A stretch of 62,050 bases of DNA, the filler included, from Sphacelaria rigidula (lineage: Eukaryota), in assembly GCA_964200075.2 (NCBI GenBank). It is 4 parts of 4 records of this genome, joined end to end, with 100 filler letters (N's around TTAATTAATTAA, not from the genome) between each part and the next. Parts side by side here need not be neighbours in the genome. Positions count along the whole stretch, not along the records: positions 1 to 15,443 come from CAXNAA020001744.1; positions 15,544 to 30,983 come from CAXNAA020001745.1; 2 more parts are not named here. One strand, 5' to 3'. Shown piece by piece: positions 13,031 through 26,329 of the stretch. The notes beneath the pieces are model-generated. The model ran no database searches. It was given only the letters and a program-made list of their open reading frames with translations, and had not been told where the DNA came from. The position numbers and the translations under genes were made by a program. How positions within the stretch are numbered: the first letter of the stretch is position 1; every line of letters begins with the position of its first letter.

Positions 13031-13282
13031 GCCCCGGTCCCGTCCGTCTTCTCGAGGGTCTCGGTATTCTTGCCTTCCCAAGCCCTCGTGAGAATAGGTC
13101 CTCTCTCGAAATGTTCATCTTGCATGTAAAACAAAAACATACGTAAACTCCTCCAGGATTGCGGGTATGAACGACGAGCAAAAGTGGGTATCGAAGACAG
13201 TAGAGCGCCCCGGTCCCGCCCGTCTTCTTGGAGGGTCGCGGTATTCTTTCCTTGCCGAACTCTCGTCAGAAATGATTCTCGG
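13031..13282 (+). repeat. Short direct repeat (~75 bp, two copies)
   Basis: gccccggtcccg.ccgtcttct..gagggtc.cggtattctt at 13031 and 13207. Confidence 0.7.
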
Positions 13283-14281
13283 TTACAATTGCATTTTGTA
13301 TACGGAAGAAATAAGACGAGGAAGAGTACTGGATTGCGCGTGGAACGATGAGGAAAAGTGCATAGGCAAGAGATTGCAGCGCGACTGAAAAAGAAGACGA
13401 CGGTCGATATGTCGTAGCATTCCCTCTGCTCGCACCGATGTCTTCAAGGTTTTTGTGCTTGTTTACAGAGAACACGATGTTGGTTGATGGAAGCGGGAAG
13501 GGATAAGATGATGATGGGAACAAAATTTGCGAGACGATGAGGAATAGGACCGCGGGTATGAATGATGAGAGAAAGTGCGGAGATCGCAGCGGAAGACAAA
13601 ATCGACTCCCGGTGTAGAAAAACTGTGTTCTTTTACGGCACCGCCAGCAGAAAAAAAATACCCGACCCAAGACTCGAACTCGACTCCTGGTGTGAGGAAA
13701 CGGTGTTCTACTCACGCACTACGAGCAAAAAGAGCAGCCAACACGGGTTCAAACCCATGCCGACGTATTTCACGTGTACATTTCAACCTTTGAGCTACAG
13801 AGTAGATGCACATCTTCGAACCGGAGCGTCGAATTTCACCTTCTTTAGATGCTAAACTCTAGATATACTATTATTATGATTCCAATATATATATATATAC
13901 ATTATGGGAAGCTCGTGTGCGGGCGGGTGCGGGTATTATTATACACCCATTCCAGTATACATCGCGTGGACGGGTATGAACGATAGGTGAAGGTGAACAT
14001 GAAAAAGACCGGAGCGTTGAACGCCCAAGCAGCAGCTGTCCTCGTGCAGGATACAAATATGAGGAGAAGTTATCGTGGACGAGCTTACAGCAGTACATGA
14101 TCGCGAGTATGTGCTGGCTCAGTGGACGCGTTGTCAGACTTTGGTCACATTTTAGCTTGTTCCGTTCACAATTGGGGGCAAAAATAAAGTCTGCGTCCCG
14201 TTTTTTACTTTTGGCACACACGACATAGGCATGCCTTGCACCGGCAATTATCTGCGTCGGAAGCCTCCAGCTCCAGAATAA

Positions 14282-14645
14282 GACAACACAACGTCAGCAT
14301 TCAGCGCCGTATTGCACTAGAGTTCGTTTCACGTTCCTCCTTGTGTGCAAGAAGCTGTCGGTGCACCCACCCACCGGCAATTAGCGCCGCGAACTATCTG
14401 TTCTTGATGTAGTTATGCATTGTCTGTACTTCAGCATAAATTACTTGCGCGAAGCAATCCTTTGTTTCGGATACGTTCGCGCCAGGAATCGATGACACAA
14501 CGTCGGCATTCAGCACCGAACTGCGCTAGACTTCGTTTCACGTTCCTTCTCCTGTGCGAGAGGTTGTCAGTGCGCCCACCAGTAATAGGCGCCGTATACA
14601 GTTGCACTAGACTTCGCTGTTACATTCCTTGTTGTGCGCGAGAAC
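14282..14645 (+). repeat. Degenerate direct repeats (three partial copies)
   Basis: acacaacgtc.gcattcagc.ccg...tgc.ctaga.ttcgtttcacgttcct at ~14286 and ~14495; partial third copy at ~14590. Confidence 0.7.
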
Positions 14646-15240
14646 GTGTTCGTTCGTGCGCCGTATTTCCCGCCCTGGAAAGAAGGCCTGTGCAGTTGTT
14701 GTTAGAGGTGCATATCTCGAACTCGAGTTGCCTGATATATTTCACCGTCAATGACTGTGCAATTCACCGGGGATATCGAGCTTGAGATACATCTACAAAC
14801 CTCAAGAAAATCTACTCGAGAAAATCTACGTAGTGCCCGCCGGGAACATTGCGGGACCCGGCGCGTCGTCCGTTCGAACGGTCGCGAACGCATGTGTAAC
14901 CCCGCACAAAATGTAGCACGAATCCGCGTACCGCACCCCTGGCATTGATATTGGCCCGAACATTCATCTCTCGGGGCGGGTGCGGAGGAACTTTCACACT
15001 AAAATCAGCATAATCATATGGACGCCTCGTTACAAAGTATGGTTGACGCTCGTGAGTTCGAAATATTCTATATATTTTTACTATTTCTTCACGTGTTTTT
15101 TCTCGTGAGAAAAGAAAAGAGTACATCACTTTTCGGGTGCGCACGTGATGGGGACAGGGGACATCGTTTTAGTGGCCAGTGGAGTTATGTACGCCCGAGT
15201 GAAAACAACACGGCACGGCACAAAACGTGTGCAGGACGAT

Positions 15241-15443
15241 GGGGTGGGGGGGGGGGCGTACTCATGATCTTGCATGCCATCGTCATATGACCATTGAACT
15301 CGCATCCATACAAAGCCGGGACGTAGCACGCCGGGTTTGCACCGTACCAGGTTTGCAATTAATCACCAAGCGCGAAGCGCAGTGATGCAGGATGATGCGG
15401 GGGAGGGTGTACTCATGATCATGCATCCCATAGTCATCAGACC
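15241..15443 (+). repeat. Two tandem heads of polyG-terminated repeat family at contig end
   Basis: Heads gggggcgtactcatgatcttgcatgcc (~15253) and gggtgtactcatgatcatgcatcccatagtc (~15405). Confidence 0.85.
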
Positions 15444-15543
15444 NNNNNNNNNNNNNNNNNNNNNNNNNNNNNNNNNNNNNNNNNNNNTTAATTAATTAAN
15501 NNNNNNNNNNNNNNNNNNNNNNNNNNNNNNNNNNNNNNNNNNN
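15444..15543. other. Artificial contig linker (44N-TTAATTAATTAA-44N)
   Basis: Exactly 100 nt; palindromic all-frame stop linker at 15488-15499; identical at three places. Confidence 0.97.
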
Positions 15544-16277
15544 ACAATGAGTTGCTGTATTTTCTGGTATCGCCACTTCCAGAGACAGCCACGGCTTATG
15601 CACTGCCTCATGGTTGTCTCGCCATTTAAATACTACGTAGTACGGGCATCCCCTTTGTGCGGAGGTGAGGTTCTTCCACGCCGCAAAAGAAGATCTAGCT
15701 CGACTACCACGTTCGAGCTCATGGGAGAGGCGATACGGGGCGAGCCTACCGCGACTCGAGCTCCTGCGACATTTTGTGTGTCACCCCTTCCATCAGCTCG
15801 AGCGTTGGCGATGACTATACCAGACTTTCCTGGACAGGGGTGCGTGACACACGACCTTCGATCCGACCCGTAGGTGTCAAGTAAAAGCGATATTGAAATG
15901 TTTTCTGACCGCATTTTGAGATTGGGTATTCCTGAAGCTCAAAAGAACCTTGATAAACGACGTGAAACTATGCCGTCGTACCGCTCGTTGCGGGAAGGGG
16001 GCAACAATATCTGCCCGCCTCCGCAGTACGTGCCGAGTGCCCGTGAGCAAGTTCCATCACATGAACGGGGTTGATCCGACTGAATGTCGAGCGGCACGAA
16101 ATCTGAAATAGGCACAACTAGAGGACTACTCTTGGACCGTTTTTCGAGGATACCTTTCCAATTTCAATTACTGTGCCGTTTCCCAAGGCATAGTTGCACA
16201 CACCTACAGTGGTCACAGCACACACTCCCATCACCAGTTTGCCCCCCCCCCCCCCCCCTCCTCTCCCCTCCTCTAAC

Positions 16278-16368
16278 GAAAACCCGGCGTGCTCCGTCCC
16301 GGCTTTGTAGGGATGCGAGGTCAATGGTCTTACGACTACGGCATGCATGATCGTGAGGACACCCCCCC
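16278..16368 (-). repeat. Inverted terminal copy of polyG-terminated repeat family
   Basis: aaaacccggcgtgctccgtcccggctttgtagggatgcgaggtcaatggtc...catgatcgtgaggacacccccc is the reverse complement of the family head; an internal segment of the family lies at 15546-15710. Confidence 0.85.
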
Positions 16369-19300
16369 TCTACACGGTTAGGTTGTATGGATTATGACAT
16401 TCAGCCCACGGTAGGCGGAAGCGTTACAGCCACATCAAGAGCTTGAAATTACAACTTAATATCCCTTCACGGGGCTACCTAGACAGGCCTGACGAACATC
16501 ATACTATCCACGCCCTTTATCTCGGCCACAATAAACCCCTCTACATGCATGTGTGTGGTACACTTGGACACGTATCTATGCAAGCGGCGTGGGTGATGCA
16601 GAAAACACAAAGGAGCGGCGACGGCGAGGGGGAAGCACGGCTCGGCCTATTTGAGGGAGGGAAAACAATACATCACACAAAGAGGGCTCAAGAGCTCCGT
16701 GTTTCAGGAACTTGTTGCTCCCGCTCAATACCCGAGGCCGTAAAAACCAACCAGACAAAAACCGTAGTGATGAGTTGGAAACGTCTCACCTCTCGTGGAC
16801 GTTGGGTTCCTGTGGCAGCCCCGACACCGATGGTGACCACGCTAGGAATGGATGCTGTCATGGTCGCTACCACAGCTGCTCTCGTTGGAGGAAGCGGCAT
16901 CGGTAAGGCGCTTGACACGCGCGACTCCTCCACCCTCGCGACCTGGACCATCTCCCCGGCCTCGGCAATGACAGCGTCAGCCTCCGCCTCCTCCGCTTCC
17001 ATTGCGTGGCTCCACCCTCGTACTTGCTCCTATATTCCCCCAGAAATACACAGCCGATGGCGTTGTTGCCGAGGTGGGGGTAATCATAGAACGATAATCA
17101 GAGGTGCGCCTTGTGTATGCAACTCGACACTTGTCGCATGCATCTCGGGAGCATACATCGCTTCTTCTAGTATATACTCGTACACACCGATTTTTTAAAT
17201 CGAGAGACAGTGCCGGGGTAGTGCAGGGCCAACACATGCTGCTTACGCTTCTGGTATAGGCGATGAAGTGCCGACCGCTGGTACAACAAGCTGGTGTAGC
17301 ACATCGCTACGAAAAGCATACCCTCACTCTCCCAGGTCTACACACATGAACATATGCACGCATCATCAAGTCAACACCGAATACCTGTGGATACACTAGG
17401 CCCATCGCCATGGCTGACGCTAACGATTGTCGCTGCCATTAACATCACCACGCACCCCTTCACCACATGCAACCAGCGCAAACATCAACCAACGCCGCCT
17501 AGTACCAAACCAAGCAGCTTGCCGGCCGTCAACGCCGCAGCCCGCACTCTGTTTCCTTTACCCCATGACAAAGCACAATGCCGGAGTCACTCGCCTGGAA
17601 TCGCTCCACATCTGTAACCACAGTCCCCGTCCCCCTCGAGCTCAGGCGCAGAGCAAAAAACGAAGCCTCCGCGAACTGACATGGAATGCCGGACACGGGT
17701 GATTGCAAAATGGTGTTCATCACGGGGTGCGGACAGCGCTTGCGTGGCTAGACACGAGACGAGTAGAACGAGCGATATGAATTGGGTCAGGCAGAGAGCG
17801 AGTGTTCGAACCTCGCGGTACGCATGCACCGAATACACAAATCGTCAGGAAAACAACAACGAAGATGAGAACACCACACACACCAGACAGAAACGTTGTA
17901 CAGCATACAGTCACGAATATCCACACGAAGTCGAGTCTCAACTCCTCACTGCATGTGTGTTCTCCCTTTTTGACACCTCAGAGCCACCCCCAGGGTCAGG
18001 ACGGCGAGACGCCCATGCAGTTCATCAGCTCCTTCCCTCGACAAAAGTGGGGTGCGCATACGAAGCTCGGAGCATCAATAAATGATCAAGACAGGACTGT
18101 ACGAGCACACACACGCACACAGCCAACACGTCGTACTTACAGTCAGAGGCGGTGCTACCCACGGGACACGAACCGCTGACGGTGGCGAAAACACCATGTT
18201 CCTCCAGAAAAAACCCGCCCAGACCTCGACACGTTGTTGGAACGTACTCGCCAGATCGCTTCCACCCTGAGTACTAGACACCATAGCTTCTCCAGTGACC
18301 TGATGAGGATAAAAAGGAGCAGCAACCAGATCAATGTACTATTCGGGGGAAGATATTGCAATGAACTCAGTGTTGCAAATACAAGGGACGAGAGTGTCCG
18401 CGGATTTTTGCAACGAAGACGAACACCCAAGGCATCATCTCAAGGGCTGTACGATCCATTGCTTTCAGCCAAGAATTTTTTTCAGGCCAAAAAGGTAAAA
18501 GCAACACTTTAGCTACAGATACCGCTTCAAATAATCCAATTGTAGCAGAATACTACGGGGCCAACGTCAGTGGCCATACTCATCAAGATGTCAGCATACG
18601 TCACGAGCCAATAGCTGCGTTGCTAGCCCGTGGTACTAGCTTATTTCAAAGACAACTTGAGATACCCAGTATCGGAAAACTACACATGCCTAACGACTGC
18701 GACTCTGAGTCGAGGGGGTCGTAGTCGTCGAACAAGCCTTCGTCTTTTGTCGTATTTATCGTAGGAGTTGACTCCAAGTCGTGCCTCAGTTTTCAATTAT
18801 AGTCATAAGAGTGGACCCTGATTTTTCGCTCGTTTCCTTGAGAACGTATCACCATATCCAAGAGTTTTCACTTGCTCCTATTCTGCGATGCCGACCCATG
18901 AAAAGCATCCCCTTATGCGTGTGCTATTTCTTTTCCCTCAGTGTCGTATGGTAGCAGTCTGCTGCCTTGCGTCCGAAAGGCTCATGAGTGGAGGCTAATG
19001 CCCAAACGGTATTGTCCGAAATAGCTGAGCCACGACGTGCTCCCACGCCCTCTTCGTTTTTTTGTGTGTATGGGCGCATGTGCTTCTTTGGGTACGATCG
19101 GTTTCGATCTGAAGCCATGCTGCAGAAGCCGGCAGTTCCTACCGTAGGCTTGTTTTGTTGTTTTTCATTGTTGTGTTCTCTTCATTTTTCCCCTCGCCTC
19201 CGTTCATTTCGTTTGCTTTCCTGTTTGTTTTTGTACTTGTTTTGATTTTCGTTCGTTTTGGTTTCTCAGTTGATTCCTTGTTTCGCTCCATCTTCACGTC

Positions 19301-21399
19301 CTCACTCCTATTTAATTCCAGCGAGTATTTTAAAAAAAATTCCCTCATGTACGTATATCTCGTGACGACGGGTTGGGTCCCTTGGTGATCAGTCCATGTA
19401 CGACAATCAACCCACCCATTAATCGACCAAAATATTCCTCTGGGCATGTGAAAAACAACTCCTAGCTGTATTCGGAAGCATTATTATTCGGTCACTCACC
19501 GTCACTCGACAAGCCTTGAGTCATTGGTACTTGATGTATTCAAGTGTTTCCGCTGGTTCCAGTGCCGCAATGTCGGCCCATGCAAAAAGGCCTGCGACCA
19601 TTATTTTCAAAACACTCTAGTTCCATCAATATCCACTACTCGACTAGTCGTCAATTCTCAACACTGAACGAAGTCGAAGTGTTTTCACTCGTCCATCAAC
19701 TCCATTCAACGGCGGCCGACAGCTTGAAACCATGAGTCAGTTACAGAGGCATGCCACATAGTCGGGAATAAACCACAGGCGAGGCGCTGGCCTATTCTTC
19801 GTATTGACGTCGACAGTCAATCAACTGCGCCGTCCTGCCCGCGCGCACGTTGGTTTCGGAAATCTTCTCACACGGCAAAAGTATAATTGCCCTGTCCCAC
19901 TTGGAGTTGCGACAACAAATTCTTGGCAACAGCCCTGCCGACAACGGTGACGGTACCTCGGCGGAGCGCGGCAAAAACAACAGTGCCGACTCCTGTGTTC
20001 GCCGTGCATTCAGTGCACTGTGTGCGGTCCGTCATGCTGGTCAAGGTTTTCTACCTACTTGTAAGCTTCTTGTGGTGGAGTATCGCGACCGGGGCGGTGA
20101 GTGGTCAAATTTCACCGTGGCGCGATCCCAGGAAAGGGCGGTGACGACTACTCCGGGTCACTGAGTAAAAACACCCCCGAGTCACGCGTTATCGACCTTG
20201 ACAGGATTCCTCGAATATCAACACCGAGCACTTCCGCAGCATCGCGTTTATCGGAAGCATCCCCGACGAGGGCTTCCCCAGCGACGTGACTTTCAACGGC
20301 AAACTACGCGACGTGGGCGTAAAAAGTTTTTTTTAATGATGACGTGGAGATACACATCACATCATGAAAGTTATACTGCATCGCCTACAACACGTTGCCA
20401 TGGAGGAGGAATGGGTTGGGGTCCCACGAAGCAACACTTCTCTCTGCCACCTTCGTCTACATTCCACATTTCCCCCTCCGAAACGTCTGAAGGGGGCGGG
20501 GTGTACTCCGTTAGCAGCATGTGATGTGACCAACCATCCAGCACGTTACTCTCTTCAGCGAACGGTGTACGGCGTACGTACTTCCAAAGACCGGTCCAAC
20601 AAACTTGCCTCGCCCCCCTCTCGGTGGGCATTGCTTGCTATCACTCACTATCAACACCCGTCACATGCCGTCTGCAGCACTGCCACCACTCACGCGAGCT
20701 CTGTATTATATCGATATCCCGTACTGCAGCACGTTACACGCTTTCTCAGACTGGCTCTTGTGGAAAATACCAAGTGCCAGCAGTGCAACGGACAAGTACT
20801 TGGAAAGGCATGGCTATCGTGCTGCACCCGGACACAAGCGTTCATGGGTGGTCATAGAGAGTGCCAGAATCTCCGATGCGTCAAATGGCAATACCCAAGT
20901 TCATGTGCAAGCGACATTCCGATCACAGCAAACGCCAGCGTGTTATACTTGTGACAAGAAGCAACCCGGCATATCATGCGCAACATTACCTACCAGCAGC
21001 ACTCGTTACATGCCGACTGGACAACGGTGAGGGCGCATTGACCATTTTCTGGACACACGTTGACACGTTCAGCTGTACCGCACAGCACAAAAATACGCGG
21101 CGCAGACACAAGACTACACACGTGATGTATGTCAGCCAATAGCAGCTAAATGCAAAGTGCACCTACACACTAGCTTCAGGTGAGATTGTCCCAGTGTGTT
21201 CTCCGCACGGAAATATAAGGCCCTAAGTTGAATCTCTTCCCTGCACAACGTCTTACCACAATTTTCGCTCGGCTGTGCTCGAGCTAGACCACTGTGTTCC
21301 CAGGGATATCCACTGCACTATTTGATCTTGTATAATCAATTGTCACTCTAAGGTCTAAACGCAAGTGCTCATGCTCATGATTGGTATATGTTTTGTTTA

Positions 21400-21510
21400 C
21401 CAAAACGTTGGGAACTTGATCACAGGTGTTGGACGGGCATTATCTTCATTTGAAAAATGCATGATATACCTAGATGACACCCCCCCGTGCACTAAGGATT
21501 TCGCTACACT
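21400..21510 (+). pseudogene. Reverse transcriptase catalytic-motif fragment (Gypsy-like)
   Basis: RALSSFEKCMIYLDDT...TKDF resembles the LTR-retrotransposon RT motif C(l)iYLDD(i)i...kdf; very short. Confidence 0.45.
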
Positions 21511-21519
21511 GGCTTTGAT

Positions 21520-22091
21520 GTCATTGCTACTCCGTCGCCAAGTAGATGCAGCTGCAGATGAGCGCAGATCTGCTACAAGAGGAAGATGAGGAGCACGAAG
21601 GAATGCTGCGAATAGAGAACATTGCAGAGGATGGCGACTTGATCCCTCCACCAGGCAACGGACTCAGCGCGACGCAGACAGTGGCGATTGGTTGCCACGA
21701 CGCGCCTCTCGTCCTAGTGAAGACGGTGGCCTTTGGAGTCTTGCCGGGGGTAGGACGCGACTGGAGTAAGGCCAACGAAACAGCATGAGACCCAGTCGTT
21801 TCTCGCGAGATAGGGCTGTCATTGCCGGCCTGGCCCCAGCCGCGTCCTACACCCGGCAAGCCTCCAACGGCCACCTTCATCGCTCGAACAAGAGGTGTGT
21901 CGTGGCAACCAGTCGCCACTCTCTGCGTCGCGCTGATTTCGATGCCCGGTGGAGGGATCTAGCCACGCCTCCTCTGCAATGCTCTCCGCCTGCAATATCT
22001 CTTCGTGGTCCTCATCGCCCTTTTGTAGCAGATCGGCCTTCATATGCTCCTAATGCTGCCGGTGTACATTGTGCAGTCAGGTAGCAAAGAC
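21520..22091. repeat. ~570-bp imperfect hairpin (inverted duplication, ~265-bp arms, ~30-nt loop)
   Basis: 21520-21785 is the diverged reverse complement of 21815-22091; opposite-strand ORFs give paralogous peptides ADLLQEEDEEHEGMLRIENIAED and ADLLQKGDEDHEEILQAESIAEE. Confidence 0.9.
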
Positions 22092-23439
22092 CGTGAACCG
22101 GACATGCTCCCGCGGAATCACCGTATCACCGTCGGAGCGGATGAAATTATCCTCATCGTTACTGTTTGAATGTGCCTGGTACATACTTTTGCACCGCCAT
22201 CTGATCGCGCGACCTAAAGCTGCCGTTCGCTGGAATGAAATCCATTAGGGGGTGGGGACGGGAGCGGGATCTGCAAGAAGAGGGGAGGAGAACGGAAGTT
22301 GCTCTGCCCGCTGCGAGGCCTTTCCCTCGAAACAGACAGAGCCTCTTCGATTCCACGCCCGGCTGCTCACAAATACCGCCCCGTCCCCAACAGCCAATCA
22401 ACTTCGTCCAACAGCGTTCAACAACCAAAAACGTACCAACTTGTCACCCTAAGCACAACATTGTCTGCGCCACGTCCCCCCGCCACTCTGACTATTCACC
22501 GAAACCAGAGCGCCGCAGCTACCACGCGAAGCGGCGACATCGGCGGCGGGACGGTCCGGTGGTGCCGGCGCCTGCTTCACCACTCCCAGCGCTGCCGCAG
22601 TCTCACTCGCCTCCATCATTCCAACCTCGCTGCAAGCCGGGGGCGACGGGGGCAAGCGCAAGCAAGCAACACCAAGGTTCACGGGGGCACTTTGCACGCT
22701 GAGACCGGCCGGTGCGGTGCATCGGCGAGTTGCATTCACATTGAAAGGAAGACAAGGTATTCGGCCACATCTCAAGGAAGTATCGGAACCTAAACCCTCG
22801 TCTTCATGCCGCTGTGCTGTGATCCACATTCTCATAGTCCGCGACTTCTCACACATGCCGATGTTTCCGGTTGGCTCTCTTGTACCATGGCATACCGACA
22901 CACTGGTTGAAGGAGGCCCTGCCCAGTCTCATGACAAGGCATGAACCGTGGCCATCATGCTGCTACCCGTGATCAACGGTTTCCAGTGTTGCACATCATC
23001 AACTGCGCAAGAGTGAAGACAACACTTCCTATCCCTCAACATGGACAGCTGCGTGGCAGCTACGGACCACGTCATGCTCCAAGACATGCTAGATTACGCT
23101 TCAATGAAAATACATGTACGCTATGCAAAAACGCCGGCGCGAAATATCGGTATGTGTCATGAGTTGTGGATTCTCGGCATATCGACCATGGCCCAGCGGC
23201 ATGAAAACAAACAAACGTAATGCCGGCCACGAACTCATCTGCAAGAACTCGAATAGTGACGACACAGATCGAACGCCTCCACGCGGAGGCTCAACGACTG
23301 GGTGAGCATGCGGTTGACACGCCTGATGTGAGGGAACAATATTCACCTTCACCCTCTTTCCACGCAATGGTCACATCATATACCATCCCATACAGTACCA
23401 GCAACTCATCAATGTTGAACGCGGGGTATAGAACCTACT

Positions 23440-23980
23440 CTCATCAAATGAATCGGTTACACGGGGCTTTCGTGAGAATCGGATCCTCGGTACGGCGCGA
23501 ACACCAACTGGAGATTTCCAGCAGTTCGGCCGATGACTTCATTAGAGTTTAGACCACCCAGTCGGGTCGATGTAATCATCCTTCTGTGTGAGCTCATAGC
23601 ATTCAAGATATTAAACCCGGGAGTCCAATGCATCATGCATACTGGATGATGTGATGGAATTTGGGTACTTTTTCCCGGTATCCACGCGTCACAAGATTCA
23701 AAACTAACAACTTACGGTTTACCGAGCGTCTTTCAGGAAGTTTTGTCCACATTTCATTCCAACTTACGGAAATTGAAGTATGCGGTATAACACACGTTAA
23801 GGATTCAAGAACTGGGTCATGGGTAGGTAGGACACCCGACGTCCGGTATCCCATCAAGCCGTTTGAACGCTTGGCGTGGGGGCAACATCATCACTCCCGG
23901 GATATGTGGACTCCACAAACACCAATAACACCCGAAGATTCGGAATCAAACGTCGACTCTGGTCATTTATGGTAGCCCAA
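23440..23980 (+). pseudogene. Degenerate Ty3/Gypsy reverse transcriptase
   Basis: Ordered remnants MNRLHGA..HQLEISSSS, TTQSGR, AY(L)DDVMEFG (1-nt deletion at gcatac-tggatgat, ~23637), NLRFTERL, LGH and RLWSFM follow the Gypsy RT motif order. Confidence 0.55.
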
Positions 23981-26260
23981 GGAAGTCCAACCTACGGATT
24001 TGGACTTCTTGCAAGTGTTCCTACTACTCTAGAGGGGGTCGGCGCATCGTTCGTCCAGGAACGGGCGAAAAACCCTACACAGATCGCACATCTGCCGCGT
24101 CGGCGTACTACAAACGAGTCGCGATGCCTCTATCGGTGGCAAAACTACACAGGGCAAGGTGTCGATGTGCACGTGATATCTCTGGCGTGTTGAGGACATC
24201 ACAATACACCTTCGACTAGAAAATGCAGTGAATAGAACTCCTTTCCCAGGATTAGGAGTACCTTGAGCACGTACGAGAGCAGTATAACTAACCCGGATAA
24301 AGATACCTGTCTCGTGAGGGAGGAGAGTGATCAAGTCACAGCATGGCTTGCGCACGAAGCCAAAGGTTCGTCCATCTAATTGTTGTATCGTTCAAGTTTG
24401 AAACAGGAGGAAAACCAAGTTGAGAAAACAGCACCCGATTGTCTCGCTAAAAACGTCCCTGGCAAGGTCGCGCAGAGGAACAATAACGAGGCCATTGGAG
24501 CAATTTCTAAATTGTTAACGCTACCGATGCATTACCCTCGCTTGACCTCGGTCAGGTACAGGCAATAAAATCCCACCCCCTGAGACTTGTAAAATGAGTA
24601 GCAAACCAGCGCGGTAGGGTATAAAACTCCTAAGGGGGCACCTCACGCGCTCAGAGACACGGTAGTCTATCCGCAAATGAAGTAGACGACAATTCTCATC
24701 ACCCAGCGAGAATGTTTGGGCAGGCGATGAAAGCTAGTATCCCCAGCAGAGAGAGTGGAGGATATTCTATACTTATCGAGCAAGGTGTATGCTGTTCAGT
24801 GATGGTGCCTTACCAGGTTTGAAGTACTCGCAGCGCACACACCCGCCCACACTAAACCGATCTGTCGGCACCCACTAGGCGAATGAATTCTCGAGCCCGC
24901 GTCATCGCCCGCGCAACTGAACGACATATAGCCCGCTCAACACCCGGTCAAACCACAAGAGCTTTGAGAGAACCCAGTTGTTGGCACAGCTATTGGACTG
25001 TAAGGCTCATCGTTATCAACATTTTTTCCGGGAACTGTCTGAAATTTTCGACGTTTCCACACGTTATCAACTTATTGATATACTGATCCGAATGATGAGC
25101 TAGCTCATGTGACCCCTTTTTCCACATTTGCTTCCTACAGCGCTTGACCCCGTGCCCGTGGAGCAGCACAAAGGTAGCGCTTCGGCTTCTCGGACCCCGC
25201 TGTCACGTATTTTGTGTTCTTGAAAAACGGATCTGGGAGTCGTCCATCACGACACTAAAGTTGGTATCGTGGGAAAGATGAAACTGAGGGGAAGCCGATG
25301 GAAGCAAATATCCAACGCATATTTTTGGCCCAAGCTTCGGGTCAAAATTAACCCGATTTTGGCCCCTCGCGAAACCGAGCTTTGCTATTGTAAATTCGAT
25401 CGATTTTGGCCATTTTCGTGCTGGACAGGAGTGAAAACGCGACAGCATGGTTTCGGACGAGGCGTAACTAGCTTCTGTACAAGAAACAAGCTAGCTCGAA
25501 AACGTTTTGGCGTTCGTTTGCCGTTTTTCCATGTTTTCATTTGTTTACCCCCTTGGAAAGGGGCGAAATATGACCGTTTTCGGGTTGACTGATGTTTTCG
25601 GCCGTTCGGCGGCGTGGGGTAAGCAACATCTGTTGAAAAGCAAAATGATGGTTTCAACCAAACAAACACCAAGATATACAATTAAAAAATGTGAGAAAAG
25701 AGTCGGACATGAATAAGGGTCTGTGCAAACTTAACTCCGTCAACTTATGGGACAGAGGGAAAATGAGCTTAGTTTGTGATAGATTTATGAAGCTCGTGGC
25801 TCGAGTACAGCACAGCTCAGCACAGCATAGCACCCTACGGAGTATCCGACACCAATGCTCATCGTCCGATGAGCGAATGAGTTAACGAGAAGATAGACCC
25901 TCGTTCGTGTTCGCCAAGACTTGTCGCAGCGACTGACCTCCACGCCCGAATAATCAAAACCGCGAGGCAAGAGATTTTCGTGTACACAGTACAGTACTAC
26001 ACGTGGTATCACACCACCCTCGTCGGCGGCAAGTGCGCGGACGTGCCGCCACTCGGTGTGCGGACAGCAACCGTGCCTACACCCAACCTGCCCCTCCAAG
26101 CTGTGAAACCGGTAGCATGTGGTCATGGTTAACGTAACGACCATCTTGTGCAAGGTGAGTATCAGAACAATTGCCTGCATCTTGAGACTGAGCTTTGGAA
26201 ACAATGCCACGCTACTCATACAGGAATGCAGGCTACAACGGCTGGGGTGCCTTCAAGAAC

Positions 26261-26261
<1 letters not shown>

Positions 26262-26329
<68 letters not shown>
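26262..26329. repeat. (GATT)17 microsatellite
   Basis: Perfect tetranucleotide tandem array. Confidence 0.97.

Noticed and set aside
14282-14645. Repeat-spacer pattern resembling a CRISPR array
   Set aside because: The units are long, degenerate and irregularly spaced in a eukaryotic context with no cas genes.
15488-15499. TTAATTAATTAA palindrome recurring with ~15.54-kb period
   Set aside because: It is embedded in N runs and identical each time, so it is an assembly linker rather than biological periodicity.
15398-15710. Repeat pieces on either side of linker 1 are collinear, suggesting true adjacency
   Set aside because: The family is very abundant and contigs tend to break in it; the size-sorted pattern argues against relying on this join.
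16688-17198. Overlapping ORFs of 104 aa (-) and 251 aa (+)
   Set aside because: Low-complexity Ala/Glu/Ser content, with no recognisable family or supported splice structure.
19700-19790. Minus-strand VTDSWF..ELM resembling a piggyBac transposase catalytic motif
   Set aside because: A single short motif among stop codons, with no other ordered motifs found.
20740-20900. Cys-rich peptide (CQQC...CC...C...C) resembling a transposase C-terminal zinc finger
   Set aside because: The spacing is not diagnostic and no linked domain is visible.
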